A stretch of DNA of 64,000 nt from Bacillota bacterium (GTDB lineage: Bacteria > Bacillota > Sulfobacillia > Fermentithermobacillales > Fermentithermobacillaceae): positions 90,243-154,242 of the forward strand of contig JAXGQX010000002.1 of assembly GCA_040766225.1 (NCBI GenBank). The letters are read 5' to 3'. Of the stretch, positions 30,118 to 41,405 are shown piece by piece; position 1 is the first letter of the stretch, and the number at the start of each line of letters is the position of its first letter. The notes below the pieces were generated by a model, which worked only from the letters and a program-made list of their open reading frames with translations, was not told the DNA's origin and ran no database searches. The translations under genes and the position numbers were made by a program.

Positions 30118-31047
30118 TCAAAGGCACCTGGCCTTTACCATCTGAAGAGCCTCATCCAAAGTGTCTTCCCAATGTCTATCGTTGCCAGCCCGTATCCAGA
30201 TTATGCCTTCTTCCCTGGCAAACCAAGTCATCTGCCTCTTGGCATACCGCCTGGTGTTGCGCTCGATGAGCTCTTTGGTTTCATCGAGCGTAAGGAGCCC
30301 TTCCAAAAACATGCAGCTTTCCTTGTAGCATAATCCGTTCATGCTGGCTAGCTCTTTCGAGTAACCCATTTGGAGGAGCCCCCTGACCTCTTCGATCAAA
30401 CCCCTTCGTACTTGCTCCTCTGCCCTGCCGTCTATCCTCCTGTACAACTCCTGGCGCTCCCACTGAAGTCCCAACATTAGATATTCGTACCGGCGGGACG
30501 ATTTAGCTTCCCTTCGCAGAGAGATGGGGTGTCCTACCGCGTCGTAGTACTCGAGGGCCCTTATGACCCTTTTCAGGTCGTTAGGGTGAAGGTGCTCCCA
30601 TGACCAAGGGTCTCTATCCCTCAAGAGGTCATGGACAGCCTCATTTCCCGAACGTGTGGCCATATCCTGCATTTCCCGGCGAAACTTGAGGTTCGGAGGG
30701 GCATCTACCAGCGGGAATCCTTTGAGAAGAGCTCTAATATAAAACCCGGTGCCCCCAACTATGGCCGGGACATTCCCTCTTGCCCTAATCTCGTCGATGG
30801 CCGCTTCGGAAAACCTCTGAAACTCCTCAACGCTCCACTGTTCATCGGGGTTTTTCAGGTCCAGTAGATGATGCCTGACCTTCTTGCGGTCTTCCATGGA
30901 GGGCTTGTCAGTTCCGATATCCATATGGCGGTATACCTGCATTGAGTCCGCCGAGATGATCTCCAACGGCACTTCCTTAGCGATGTCCATGGCCAATCGG
31001 GACTTGCCCGAGGCGGTGGGCCCGGTGATAACCAAGAGCTCTCGCAA
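30118..31047 (-). CDS. miaA: tRNA dimethylallyltransferase
   Basis: GPTASGKS, ISADSMQVY, GGTGFY, TRRYAKRQ.TW. Confidence 0.97.
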   Translation of the reverse strand: MRELLVITGPTASGKSRLAMDIAKEVPLEIISADSMQVYRHMDIGTDKPSMEDRKKVRHHLLDLKNPDEQWSVEEFQRFSEAAIDEIRARGNVPAIVGGTGFYIRALLKGFPLVDAPPNLKFRREMQDMATRSGNEAVHDLLRDRDPWSWEHLHPNDLKRVIRALEYYDAVGHPISLRREAKSSRRYEYLMLGLQWERQELYRRIDGRAEEQVRRGLIEEVRGLLQMGYSKELASMNGLCYKESCMFLEGLLTLDETKELIERNTRRYAKRQMTWFAREEGIIWIRAGNDRHWEDTLDEALQMVKARCL

Positions 31048-31109
31048 CTACCCTGCTTTCACCCTTTCCCGACTGCCAAGGGATTTCCTGACGGACGAGG
31101 CAATTACTA

Positions 31110-32909
31110 TTATACTCCTCGAACCTCCTTGTGGGAAGTTCTACCAAAGAAATCGTCTATCTCCGAGACCGGGATCTCCCTTACCGTTGGCCGGCCGTGG
31201 GGGCACACCGCTGCCTCAGGCTGCTCAAATAGGCGGCTTAGGAGCCACTTGGCTTCACCGGCTGATAGAGGTTCCCTCGCCCGCACGGAGGCGTGACATG
31301 CGGCCAGGGCAATCCTCGCGTTCTCGGCCAGTCTTTCGGGCGGCGCGTCTTTCCCGGCGCCCGTAGCCATTGATTCTAGCACGTCTCTGAGCCTCGTGGG
31401 TTCCACCGGTTCTCCCAGGACCAGGGGGACTTTAGTGACCAGCGCAGTCGACTCTCCTATCAACCTGGATCCGAACCCAGACTCCGCCAGATGACCCTCA
31501 TACTCTTCGTACAGAGCGACTTCTTTCGGAGAGAGGCGCAACACCTCTGCCATGAGCAGGTCCTGGCTCCCGCTCTTCCTGGATAGGAGCTCCCGGTACG
31601 CGAGGCTTTCCATCAAGGCGTGCTTATCCACTAGGATTACCGAGTCGGCGGTCTTGGCTATCAAGTACGTGTCGCGAATGGACCCGAGATACTCCCATCC
31701 GGCGCCTTGTCCCAAGTCGGACTCCGTTGGGCGCCCAGGTCTTGTGTCATCCCGTCCAAGGGAGACGTGGGCAAGATGCCTCTGGCGACCGGCGATCCTG
31801 TCTCCCACCAGTGACCAATCGATGTCCCTGCCGCGGTCCGACCTATAGACTTCCGTTACAAACGGGCTTTTGGGCGCATCGTCTGAGCCGGGCTGCTCCC
31901 TTTTCAGGCTTCGGAAACCCGACGACGTCAGAGCGGCGCTTACGGCCGCCGCGACGCTGTGTCTCACTTCACCGTCGTTTTTGAAACGCACTTCGGCTTT
32001 GGTTGGATGGACGTTGACGTCCACCAGGTGTCCTCCCATGGTAATGGATAGGAACGCTACAGGGTAGCTCTTGGGAGGCAGTAAGCCACGATAAGCGTCA
32101 TCAAGCGCCCATCCCAAAAGGGAATTGCGGACGACCCGGGCGTTCACCGCAAAGACCTGCCTGTCCCGAGACCTTCGGTAGAGGCCCGGAAGGCCGGCCA
32201 TCCCCGTCACCTCTATGGGTTCCGCTCCTCCCGACGCAAAAGACACGGGGACCATGGACGACAGCGTCTCGGGACCAAAGAGATCTGCTACGGCGTTCCC
32301 CAGGCCCTGTCCCGACGTCCGCATGATGGTCTTTCCGGCCGATCTGACTTCAAAGCTTCTGTTATCCCAGGCAAGAGCGAGGTTCTGGACCACGTCTATT
32401 ATCGCTTGCCGCTCCCTGCTTCGGGACTTAACGAACTTCAACCGGGCGGGAGTGTTGAAGAACAGGTCCCGTACGGTGACCATCGTGCCGGTGGGAAGGC
32501 CTTTCTCCCTCGCGTATAGGACCTTCCCCCCTTCTACGGCGACTTCCGTTCCATGAGATGAGGACTCTTCTCGGGTCTCCAAGGTCAGATGCGAGCACGA
32601 CGCGATGGAAGGAAGCGCCTCTCCCCGAAACCCCAAGGTGTGCAGCCCATCTAGGTCCTCTATGGAGGAGAGCTTGGAGGTGGCGAACCTTTCTACTGCC
32701 AACTGTGCGTCTTCTTGGGACATTCCCGTGCCGTCGTCGGAGACTCTGATGAGATTGAGACCGGAATCCTCGAACTCTACCAAGATTCTCTTGGCGCCCG
32801 CGTCAATGGCGTTTTCCACCAGTTCCTTCACCACTGAGGCGGGCCTTTCGACCACTTCCCCCGCAGCGATTTGGCTCGACGTAACGGGGTCAAGCCGGAG
32901 TATCTTCAT
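31110..32909 (-). CDS. mutL: DNA mismatch repair protein MutL
   Basis: IAAGEVVERPASVVKELVEN, GFRGEALPSI, DVNVHPTK, CPHGRP. Confidence 0.97.
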   Translation of the reverse strand: MKILRLDPVTSSQIAAGEVVERPASVVKELVENAIDAGAKRILVEFEDSGLNLIRVSDDGTGMSQEDAQLAVERFATSKLSSIEDLDGLHTLGFRGEALPSIASCSHLTLETREESSSHGTEVAVEGGKVLYAREKGLPTGTMVTVRDLFFNTPARLKFVKSRSRERQAIIDVVQNLALAWDNRSFEVRSAGKTIMRTSGQGLGNAVADLFGPETLSSMVPVSFASGGAEPIEVTGMAGLPGLYRRSRDRQVFAVNARVVRNSLLGWALDDAYRGLLPPKSYPVAFLSITMGGHLVDVNVHPTKAEVRFKNDGEVRHSVAAAVSAALTSSGFRSLKREQPGSDDAPKSPFVTEVYRSDRGRDIDWSLVGDRIAGRQRHLAHVSLGRDDTRPGRPTESDLGQGAGWEYLGSIRDTYLIAKTADSVILVDKHALMESLAYRELLSRKSGSQDLLMAEVLRLSPKEVALYEEYEGHLAESGFGSRLIGESTALVTKVPLVLGEPVEPTRLRDVLESMATGAGKDAPPERLAENARIALAACHASVRAREPLSAGEAKWLLSRLFEQPEAAVCPHGRPTVREIPVSEIDDFFGRTSHKEVRGV

Positions 32910-35591
32910 TTTTGGGTCTCCTTCCGGCTCAAAACTCTCTTCCTCAACTCATAGAGGGTGTTCAAGGCTTGAAGGGGTGTGAGATCGTTCAGTTCGAGTT
33001 CGGAAATCTCTTTGAGTATCGGGTCCTCCGAGGTCGCTTCCTCCGGCCTTGGCCCGAAGAGGGACTCCTGTCCCGGAACCATCTCCGGCGATACTCCGAA
33101 GGACCTGGACGCTACTTGCCCCAATATACCGGTCTTCCATCTGGACCGGCTTCTGGCTTCGGATTCCAGACCCAGCAGTATCTCTCTGGCCCGGGAGACC
33201 ACGGAAGGAGGAAGGCCCGCCATGGCGGATACCTCAATCCCGAAACTGCCTTCGGCTACCCCCCGCTCCAACTTGCGGAGGAAGACTATGTCGTCACCGG
33301 CCTTCTTCACGGCCACGTGGTAGTTGGCCATCCCCGTTTTGAGGTCAGACAGAAGGGTCAACTCCCTGTAGTGGGTCGCCACCAGAGCCATCGCTCCGCC
33401 GGTCTTCCCGTCAACCAAGTGCTCGAGAACAGCCCAGGCCACAGAGAGCCCGTCAAAGGTGCTTGTGCCCCTTCCGATCTCGTCCAATATCACAAGGCTT
33501 TCTTCCGTCAAGCCCTTTAGTATGCGGGACACCTCGGCCATCTCTACCATGAACGTAGACTGGCCCAACACCAAGTCGTCGTAAGCGCCTACCCGGGCGA
33601 ACACCTTGTCTACGCACCTTAAAGTCGCCTCCTGGCAAGGCACGTAAGAGCCCATTTGAGCCATGATGACGATTAAGGCGGCCTGCCGGCAGTAGGTTGA
33701 CTTGCCTCCCATGTTGGGGCCGGTAATGACCATAACTCGCTGTTCCGAATCCAACGTCAGGTCGTTGGGCACGAATGTGCCAGGAGGCAGCACCCTTTCA
33801 AGGACAGGGTGCCTTCCCCCCTTTACTCTAATTGACCCCGACTGAGAGACTTGGGGGCGGACGTAACCGTAGCGATGCGCGGTTTCGGCGAAGGAGACTA
33901 GCACGTCCACCTCAGATACCGCCCTGGCGGTCTTCTGAATGCGCCTTATGTACCTGCACAGCGAGTCGCGGAGCTCGGTGAAAACCCGGTACTCCTCCTT
34001 GCGCAGCTTTTTCTTCGGCCCCAAGGATGGCGGTCTCTTTTTCCCTCAGTTCGGGAGTTACGAAACGTTCAGCCGACGCCAAGGTCTGCTTCCTCACATA
34101 TTCGGAGGGGACCATATGCAAATTCGACTTGGTCACCTCTATGTAGAACCCGAAAACCCGGTTATACCCGACCTTTAGGGACTTGATCCCGCTTTCTTCC
34201 CTCTCCCTGGCCTCGAAGTCCAAAACCCACTGCTTGCCTCCGGTCGCCAAGGACCTAAGCTCGTCAATTTCCTGGCTGAAGCCTTCCTTTATGAGTCCTC
34301 CATCGGTCAAAGATACAGGCGGGTCCGAGACCAAGGTTTCTCTCAAAGCGCCTACCGCCTCGGGGATACCGTCCATGTCCTGAGCGTTCTTGGCCAAGAG
34401 CGACGATTGAGAGGCTCGAAGCAGCTCTCGCAAGCGCGAGACCGCCTCCAACGAAGAAGCGAGGTTCACCAGGTCCCGCGCGTTGCACGACTTGTAGGTC
34501 AAACGCGTGACCAGCCTTTCAAGGTCCTTTATGTCGGCTAGAATCTCTCTTGCCGTAAGCCTCAGCGAAGACTGGCCGTAGATTTCGTCGACGGCGTGGA
34601 GTCTCTCTTGGATACGGGAAGCTTCTCGTAGCGGGCGCTCGATCCATTGTCTCAAGAGCCTAGACCCCATCGACGTGCATGTCTGATTCATGACCCAAAA
34701 CAGTGACCCGTGGGTGTCTCCTTGGAGCCTAGAAAGCAGTTCCAGGTTTCTGCGAGTCGACCTGTCGATCTCCAGAAACCCTTCTTGAAGGTACAGTGAC
34801 GGTTCTTTCAGGTGTCCTAGGTCGACCATCTGGGTGCTTCTCATGTAGTCCAGGAGCCCCTGGAGAGCGTCTAGAGCTTCTTTCGGGGCTGTCGAAGCCG
34901 AAGCCCCGAGATTGCTCTCAAGGCTTGTCCCAAGAGCGGCCGTGTGAAAAGCGTCTATTGGGTGCGCTGTCATGAAGATACCCGGCAACGCCTTGGCGAT
35001 GGCTTGACGCATCCCGGCATGGTCGGGGGAATCAGGCAGCACGCACTCTTTTGGCAAGAAGCGGGACAACTCCTCCACTAGACGGCCATATGAGGGGGCC
35101 CTCCCCCCCGTCCGAACCTCATCATCGGAGGAAAGTGAGGCTATCAGCACGTCACCTGTAGACAGATCGCAGACGGCGAGCCCGCAAGCGTTTTTGCCCG
35201 CGCTGTACGCGGCGGCTATGTAAGATGACGACCCCGCCTCGGCTCCTTCCCAGTAGGTGCCGGGAGTGATCACACGGGTGATGCCCCTCCTCACCAATCC
35301 GCTTTGGCCTGCTGCGGGTCCTCGGCTGGTCGCAGATAGCACTCGGTAGCCCTTTTCCACTAGGATTCTTATATAGTCGTCAACCGAGTGGTAAGGCACG
35401 CCGCACATCGGAGCGCGTTCGTTCCCGCCCGCGTCTCTCCCGGTTAAGGCGATTCCCAGTTCCCTTGCCCCGATTTGGGCGTCCTCGTAGAAGAGCTCGT
35501 AGAAGTCCCCGAGCCGAAAAAAGAGCAGGGCGTCAGGGTTCTTGGCTTTCAGCTCCTTATACTGCGCCATCATGGGTGTCTCAGCTCTCAT
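32906..35591 (-). CDS. mutS: DNA mismatch repair protein MutS (one apparent frameshift in an A run near 34015)
   Basis: TPMMAQY..FFRLGDFYELF, GPNMGGKST, DEIGRGTST, ATHY. Confidence 0.95.
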
Positions 35592-37009
35592 GGCACTACC
35601 GGTCCTTTCAGGTACCACGTCCCCGCCTCGTCTATCCGTACATTGATGAGATCTCCGGGGACGGCTTTGCATTCTGTGGCCACGACCATCTTCCCGGTGC
35701 GCGTACGCCCCTTTACGCTTCCCGGTTCTTCCTCCGCTACCGATTCCACAAGGACTTCCATCCGGTGGCCGACGCATTTGGCGTTCAGTTCCCGCGTTAT
35801 GTCCCCTTGAACTTCGACCAGTCGTTGGAGCCGCGAAGACTTTGTCTTGGAAGGAACCTGGTCTTTCATGCGGTGAGCCGCGGTGCCTTTGCGGGGCGAG
35901 AAAATGAAAGTGAACGCGCCGTCAAACCGGCACCTTCGGACCATGTCCAGGGTTTTTTCGAAATCTTCCTCGGTCTCGCCGGGGAATCCGACGATGATGT
36001 CGGTAGTTATCGAGGACTCCGGGACCACCTCGCGAACCCTCTCCACCAGGCGCAAGTAATCATCCCTTGAGTATCCCCTGTTCATAACCTTCAAAATGGA
36101 GTCGGACCCGGACTGCAAAGGAAGATGGAAGTGCTCGCACACGGTTTCACAGTCCCTAACGGCCCTGATCATATCCTCGGTGAAGTCCCTTGGGTGGGAC
36201 GTGAAGTACCGGAGCCTGTAAAGCCCCGCGGTTTTGTCCAATGCTCGTAGGAGCGCGGGAAAGTCCGGGCCGCCGGGCAGGTCCAGCCCGTAGGCGTTCA
36301 CGTTTTGCCCCAACAAGGTGATCTCCTTGTAGCCCTTTTGGCAAAGGTCTGAGACTTCCTCAAGGATGGCTTCGAAGCTCCTTGAAACCTGAGGTCCCCT
36401 GACGTAGGGAACCACGCAGTAAGAACAAAAGTTGTCGCAACCGTACATGATGGTGACGTAAGCGTTTACGCCCGGAATCGATTCCCGGGGCAATCCCTCA
36501 GGCAGGAGTTGGGTTGATTCGTCTCGTGACGCTGCCGTCCTAGCCGGGGTGACCGCCGATAGGAGTTTTCCGCCTTTATCCTCTGACCTCTTGGATATTG
36601 CCTCACGGACCAGGTTAGGTATCTCATGGATGAAACCCGGGCCGGTAATGACCGAAATGTAGGGGGCGCGGGACTTGATTCTCCTTGCGGTCTCAGGTAG
36701 CTGGGCCATACAGCCGGCCAGCACCATGACGGGGGGGCTTCCATCCCGGCGCACCGACCGGATCTTTCCGAAGCGGCTCCACACTTTGCTCTCGGCCGAT
36801 TCTCTGACCGCGCACGTGTTCAGGATCACGACGTCGGCCTGAGAGATGTCCTTCGCTTGCGACATGCCTTCCCTTAGAAGCAATCCCGCGATGGTCTCGG
36901 AGTCCCTTTCGTTCATCTGACATCCGTAGGTCTCTATGTAGAACTTCAAGTCGTCTGACGTTACCCTCACCGCCTGAGCGTTTTCACTACCTACCATTAT
37001 AAAAGGCAA
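35588..37009 (-). CDS. miaB: tRNA-2-methylthio-N6-dimethylallyladenosine synthase
   Basis: TYGCQMNERDSE, radical SAM GCDNFCSYC, TDIIVGFPGET, TRAM domain; start uncertain. Confidence 0.95.
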   Translation of the reverse strand: MPFIMVGSENAQAVRVTSDDLKFYIETYGCQMNERDSETIAGLLLREGMSQAKDISQADVVILNTCAVRESAESKVWSRFGKIRSVRRDGSPPVMVLAGCMAQLPETARRIKSRAPYISVITGPGFIHEIPNLVREAISKRSEDKGGKLLSAVTPARTAASRDESTQLLPEGLPRESIPGVNAYVTIMYGCDNFCSYCVVPYVRGPQVSRSFEAILEEVSDLCQKGYKEITLLGQNVNAYGLDLPGGPDFPALLRALDKTAGLYRLRYFTSHPRDFTEDMIRAVRDCETVCEHFHLPLQSGSDSILKVMNRGYSRDDYLRLVERVREVVPESSITTDIIVGFPGETEEDFEKTLDMVRRCRFDGAFTFIFSPRKGTAAHRMKDQVPSKTKSSRLQRLVEVQGDITRELNAKCVGHRMEVLVESVAEEEPGSVKGRTRTGKMVVATECKAVPGDLINVRIDEAGTWYLKGPVVP

Positions 37010-37033
37010 AGGCCGGAGGGCACAAATGAAGAA

Positions 37034-37053
37034 GGGGCCCGAGAGCCGGGCCC
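37034..37053 (-). terminator. Terminator after flagellin
   Basis: GGGCCCG-GCTCT-CGGGCCC followed by a pyrimidine run on the minus strand. Confidence 0.6.
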
Positions 37054-37077
37054 TATCCCAAACTGCTATGAACCTCT

Positions 37078-37891
37078 TTAGCCGAGCAGTTTCAAGACTG
37101 ACTGAGGCTTCATGTTCGCCTGGGCCAGCATCGCGGTACCGGCCTGGAGCAAGATCTGGTGCCTGGTGAAGGTGGCCATCTCCAGCGCCATGTCGACGTC
37201 GCGGATACGGGACTCGGCCGCGGCGGGTTTTCAGCGGCGGTGTTCAGGTTGTTGATGGTGTGTTCCAGACGGTTCTGGTAAGCGCCCAGAGTCGCGCGCT
37301 GGGTAGATACGTCGTCTATGGCCGTATCGATGAGGCCCACCGCTGTCTTGGCGTCGGCCTGAGTCGCGATGCTGACGGCATCCACTCCCAAAGTGGCGGA
37401 ATCCATGTTGCCGATGCTTACCGTGAAGGTATCGACCGCCGTATCGGTGCCGATGAGGAACTCCATGGCGTCGAAGCTGCCGTCCAAGAGCGCCTGCCCG
37501 TTGAACTTGGTCGAGGAGGCGATCTGTCCAACTCGCTCAAGAGCTCGGTGACTTCTGCCTGGATCTGAGTGCGGTCCTCGTTGGACATGGTTGCCGAGGC
37601 GGCTTGCTCAGCCAGTTCGCGCATTCTCTGGAGGATGCTGTGAGTCTCGTTCAGAGCGCCTTCTGCGGTCTGTATCAACGAGATACCGTCCTGAGCGTTG
37701 CGAGCGCCTTGCCTAAGTCCGCTGATCTGTGCTTTCATCTTCTCGGAGATCGCCAACCCGGCGGCGTCGTCCGCGGCCCTGTTGATCCTGAAGCCCGATG
37801 ACAGCTTCTCCCGGGACTTGCCCATTAGGTTGTCGGTGACACTGAGGTTCTTCCACGCGTTCAGGGCACTGATGTTGGTGTTGATTCTCAC
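37078..37891 (-). CDS. hag: Short flagellin (~270 aa; apparent frameshifts near 37525 and 37225)
   Basis: [41 protein letters not shown], ..QSVLKLLG* across frames. Confidence 0.93.
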
Positions 37892-37900
37892 TTGGGTTCT

Positions 37901-37937
37901 ACCTCCCTGTAGTTTTCGTCTCGCGTCCTTTGCGAGA
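37901..37937 (-). promoter_or_regulatory. Candidate CsrA sites in the flagellin leader
   Basis: TCTCGC-AAAGGAC-GCGAGA hairpin with GGA in the loop, and a second GGA in the SD (ACAGGGAGG), as in the B. subtilis hag leader. Confidence 0.6.
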
Positions 37938-38010
37938 CTTGGCCCTTCACCCGTCATTCCGGGGCGCCCTCCGGTTTCTTTTGGGGCGGGGCCTGTAACC
38001 TTCACACCTG

Positions 38011-38036
38011 TTATCGTGAAGCCTGGAAAGGATTCA
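38011..38036 (-). promoter_or_regulatory. Candidate sigmaD/FliA promoter
   Basis: TGAA-N14-CACGATAA vs TAAA-N14-16-GCCGATAA. Confidence 0.45.
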
Positions 38037-38112
38037 CGTGGCACCGGACAAATAGGACCCGAGTCACACGACAAGGTCCCGTTGGTACAGTGGTTAACTA
38101 GCGATATCCCAG

Positions 38113-39285
38113 TTAGGGTGCGGTCAGGTCTTGCTCTTCCATCCGAGCTAGACATGCGTCTACCAGGGTCGGAACGTCCAGGTGCCTTTCGGCCGCGCGC
38201 ACCTCTTCGAGCCTTGGCCTGGTGACGGGATGGCGGGGGACAAAGACGGTGCAGCAGTCCTCATAGGGTTGGCAAGAAATGTCGTAGGTCCCGATGGACC
38301 GGGCGATCTCTATGGTCTCCACTTTGTTAAAGCAAATGAGCGGCCTGAGAACCGGTAGCGTGGCCACGTCCTCGATGGCTCTCAAACTCTCCAGCGTTTG
38401 GCTGGCCACCTGCCCGATGTTCTCGCCGGTGAATACGGCTTGGGCGCCGGTCCTAGATGCCCACTCGCACGCGATCCTCATCATCATGCGCCGCATGACG
38501 ATGACGCGAAATCGCTCCGGGCACTTTTGCAGGATCTCGCTCTGAATGTCCGTGAAATGGGCTATGTAGAGGTTCAGGTCGGGACCCGAGTTTCTTAGCT
38601 CTCTTGCGAGGTCAACCACTTTGTCTCGTGACCGTTGTCCGACTATGGGGTAGCTCCAAAAGTGCAGGGCGTCGATATTGACGCCGCGCTTCATGGCCAG
38701 GTACCCGGCGACCGGGCTGTCTATTCCTCCCGAAAGAAGCAGGAGCCCTTTTCCCGAACTACCCGCGGGAAGCCCTCCCGGGCCTCTCACCTCTTCCCAG
38801 TAGACGTATGTCCCGTTATCCCTGACCTCCACGGATAGGGTGAAGCGAGGAGAGTGCACATCCACCGAGAGACCATCGTTGGCGCTTAACACGGCTTCCC
38901 CCACTTCCTTGTTGATCTGGGGTGAAGTCAGCGGGAAACGCTTGTCGGACCTCTTGGCGTTGACTTTGAAGGTCGAAAAGTCCCGTTTCTCGATGGCTTC
39001 CTTGGAGGCGAAAACCGAGGCCTGGATGATGGCCGGCATCTGGGATTCAACTTTTAGGGCCGGGTTGATGGCGACTATGCCCGGGGCCCTTTCCAGCCTG
39101 TCCAGGACGACCTTCTTATCGAAGCTTCCTTCGACGTACAGGCGGCCGTGAGACCTGGAGACCCAAGCCTTGGGCATGTCTCGTATAGTCCACTGCACGT
39201 GACGGTGCAAGGCTCTTTCGAAAGAAGCCCGGTTATCGCCTTTTAGGCCAAGTTCGCCGTATCTTATGAGAAGCAGTTCCTTCAC
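38113..39285 (-). CDS. thiI: tRNA 4-thiouridine synthase (no rhodanese domain)
   Basis: [14 protein letters not shown] domain, [23 protein letters not shown]. Confidence 0.95.
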   Translation of the reverse strand: MKELLLIRYGELGLKGDNRASFERALHRHVQWTIRDMPKAWVSRSHGRLYVEGSFDKKVVLDRLERAPGIVAINPALKVESQMPAIIQASVFASKEAIEKRDFSTFKVNAKRSDKRFPLTSPQINKEVGEAVLSANDGLSVDVHSPRFTLSVEVRDNGTYVYWEEVRGPGGLPAGSSGKGLLLLSGGIDSPVAGYLAMKRGVNIDALHFWSYPIVGQRSRDKVVDLARELRNSGPDLNLYIAHFTDIQSEILQKCPERFRVIVMRRMMMRIACEWASRTGAQAVFTGENIGQVASQTLESLRAIEDVATLPVLRPLICFNKVETIEIARSIGTYDISCQPYEDCCTVFVPRHPVTRPRLEEVRAAERHLDVPTLVDACLARMEEQDLTAP

Positions 39286-39314
39286 CGGTGTCCCACTCCC
39301 GCTATCTTTTGTCT

Positions 39315-40493
39315 CTACCTTTTCCAGGCCTTTAGTGACTGTAAGGACTCTAACAGGGCCGCGATGGCCACGCGGACGTCATCCTCGGTTGTGTATCTAG
39401 ACATGGAGAATCTTATGGACGATAGGGCTTCTTCTTCCCCCCTGCCTAGCGCTAGGACCACGGGGCTCGGTTTGTCTTTGTGGGAAGAGCAGGCGGATCC
39501 CGTCGAGACAAACACTCCTCGCTCCTCTAGGGCGTGAAGGATGGTTTCGCCCCTCAAGCCCGGGAACGAGAAGTGGGCTATGTAGGGAGCGACCCCCTCC
39601 CTACGCGGACCGTGAAGGGAAGCTTCGGGTACCGCCCCGAGGATCCCGTCAACCAGTTTGGCGCGGAGATCGGTCAAGCGCCGCAAGGTCTCTTCTCTAT
39701 CGGTATCCCAGAGAGCGCAGGCCGCGCCAAAGCCCACGATTCCCGGCACGTTTTCTGTCCCCGAGCGCAGTCCTCCTTCCTGTCCTCCGCCAAACGCCAG
39801 CGGGGTCAGCTCAATCCCTTTGCGCACATAGAGGGCCCCGATACCTTTGGGTCCGTGTATCTTGTGGGCGCTCATGCTCATAAGGTCGACGCCCCATTCT
39901 TTCACGTCAATGGAAAGCCGGGCGAACCCTTGGACCGCGTCCACATGGAATCTGGGGCGCTTTCCGCTTAGGGCCTGAAGCTTTCTGCCGATTTCTCTGC
40001 ACGGCTGCAGTGTGCCTACCTCGTTTTGGACCAGCATGACCGAGACCAATGCGGTGTCCGGAGTAACCTCTCTCAAGACTTCTTCGGGGTCTACCCTGCC
40101 CAATGAGTCCACACGGATGAAACGGACGTCGTACCCGATTCCCTTGAGGTACTCGTAGGCGGACATGACCGAGGGGTGCTCGACCGTTGTGGCTATGATG
40201 AGGCGTCTGTCCTGAAGGCTCCTTAAGGTCCCGAAAATCGCCCAGTTGTTTGCCTCGGTACCTCCGGACGTGAAATAGATCTCGCCTTGGTCGGCGGAGA
40301 TCGCTTTGGCTACCTTTTGCCTTGAAGCCCTTACGGCGGCTTGGGACTGGCTCCCGAGCCTGTGAAGGGACGACGGGTTTCCCCATCCATCCTCCATGCA
40401 AGAGGATACGGCCTTCACCACCTCCGGCGCGGGCTTGGTGGTGGACGAATTGTCCATGTAGATGATCTCGTCTGTAAGGTGAGGCGCGGTCAC
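39315..40493 (-). CDS. iscS: Cysteine desulfurase (IscS/NifS family)
   Basis: YMDNSSTT, GNPSSLH, SAHKIHGPKG, RSGTENVPGI, STGSACSS. Confidence 0.9.
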   Translation of the reverse strand: MTAPHLTDEIIYMDNSSTTKPAPEVVKAVSSCMEDGWGNPSSLHRLGSQSQAAVRASRQKVAKAISADQGEIYFTSGGTEANNWAIFGTLRSLQDRRLIIATTVEHPSVMSAYEYLKGIGYDVRFIRVDSLGRVDPEEVLREVTPDTALVSVMLVQNEVGTLQPCREIGRKLQALSGKRPRFHVDAVQGFARLSIDVKEWGVDLMSMSAHKIHGPKGIGALYVRKGIELTPLAFGGGQEGGLRSGTENVPGIVGFGAACALWDTDREETLRRLTDLRAKLVDGILGAVPEASLHGPRREGVAPYIAHFSFPGLRGETILHALEERGVFVSTGSACSSHKDKPSPVVLALGRGEEEALSSIRFSMSRYTTEDDVRVAIAALLESLQSLKAWKR

Positions 40494-40667
40494 TATACGC
40501 TTCCTCCATATCGTCGGTTTGCCCTAGTATTCTACTGCACTGAGTACGCCGTCATCCAGTCTCCGGCCCGAAGGGGCAGGCAGGCGGCCAGAAAGGGAGT
40601 AGGTGCGCGTCCCTCCTAGAACGTCTAGAATAGGTCTAGGAGATTTTTCGAGAGAGGTGCTTCTCGC

Positions 40668-41405
40668 TTGCCCAGGGCCTTCCCGCGCATGCTGTACCAT
40701 CTGGTCGGCAAGGCGATCGCAGACTTTGAACTCATTGAGGACAAGGATGTCATCTTGGTCGGAGTATCGGGAGGAAAGGACAGCATGGTCTTGGCGGCCC
40801 TTCTTGCCGAGCTCCACAGGAGAGCGCCTGTGAGGTTTGACCTCAAGGCCGTCACCATAGACCCTGGCGGCGAATCCGGTTTCCGAGATGAGGATGTGGA
40901 GAGGTTGGAGTCCTTTTTCGGAGATCAGGGAGTCCCATATAGCGTGGTTCGGACCGAGATCGCCAAGATAGTCCAAGTGCACCCCACAAAAGATACGGCA
41001 TGTTCTTTGTGCGCCAATCTGAGGAGAGGGGCCTTGCACAAAACCGCCCAGGAACTGGGGGCCAACAAGGTTGCCTTAGGCCATCACCTGGATGATGCCA
41101 TAGAGACCCTCTTCCTCAACATGTTCTACCAAGGAAGCCTAAGGTGTTTTCATCCCAAGACGTACCTGAGCCGACGGGAGGTTACGGTAATCCGTCCCTT
41201 GGTATACGTGCCGGAAGGAGAGATCGTGAAGGCAGTCCCACGCCTGGACATCCCCGTGGTAGACGCCAGGTGTCCTTTTGCCGGCCACACGCTTCGGCAA
41301 GCCATGAAAGACCGGGTAACCTCTCTCGCGAGAGAGATCCCCGGCTTTAGGTCCCAGTTGCGAGGGGCGCTGGGAGACCTATGGTCACCCAAGGAGAAGG
41401 CTTGA
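40668..41405 (+). CDS. TtcA-like PP-loop tRNA thiolase
   Basis: SGGKDS, CSLC, GHHLDD, IRPL; a single C-terminal Cys (RCP). Confidence 0.8.
   Translation: MPRAFPRMLYHLVGKAIADFELIEDKDVILVGVSGGKDSMVLAALLAELHRRAPVRFDLKAVTIDPGGESGFRDEDVERLESFFGDQGVPYSVVRTEIAKIVQVHPTKDTACSLCANLRRGALHKTAQELGANKVALGHHLDDAIETLFLNMFYQGSLRCFHPKTYLSRREVTVIRPLVYVPEGEIVKAVPRLDIPVVDARCPFAGHTLRQAMKDRVTSLAREIPGFRSQLRGALGDLWSPKEKA

Noticed and set aside
34005-34025. Programmed frameshifting or phase variation in mutS
   Set aside because: The single extra base sits in a short A run, and similar indels hit many unrelated genes, which fits long-read error better.
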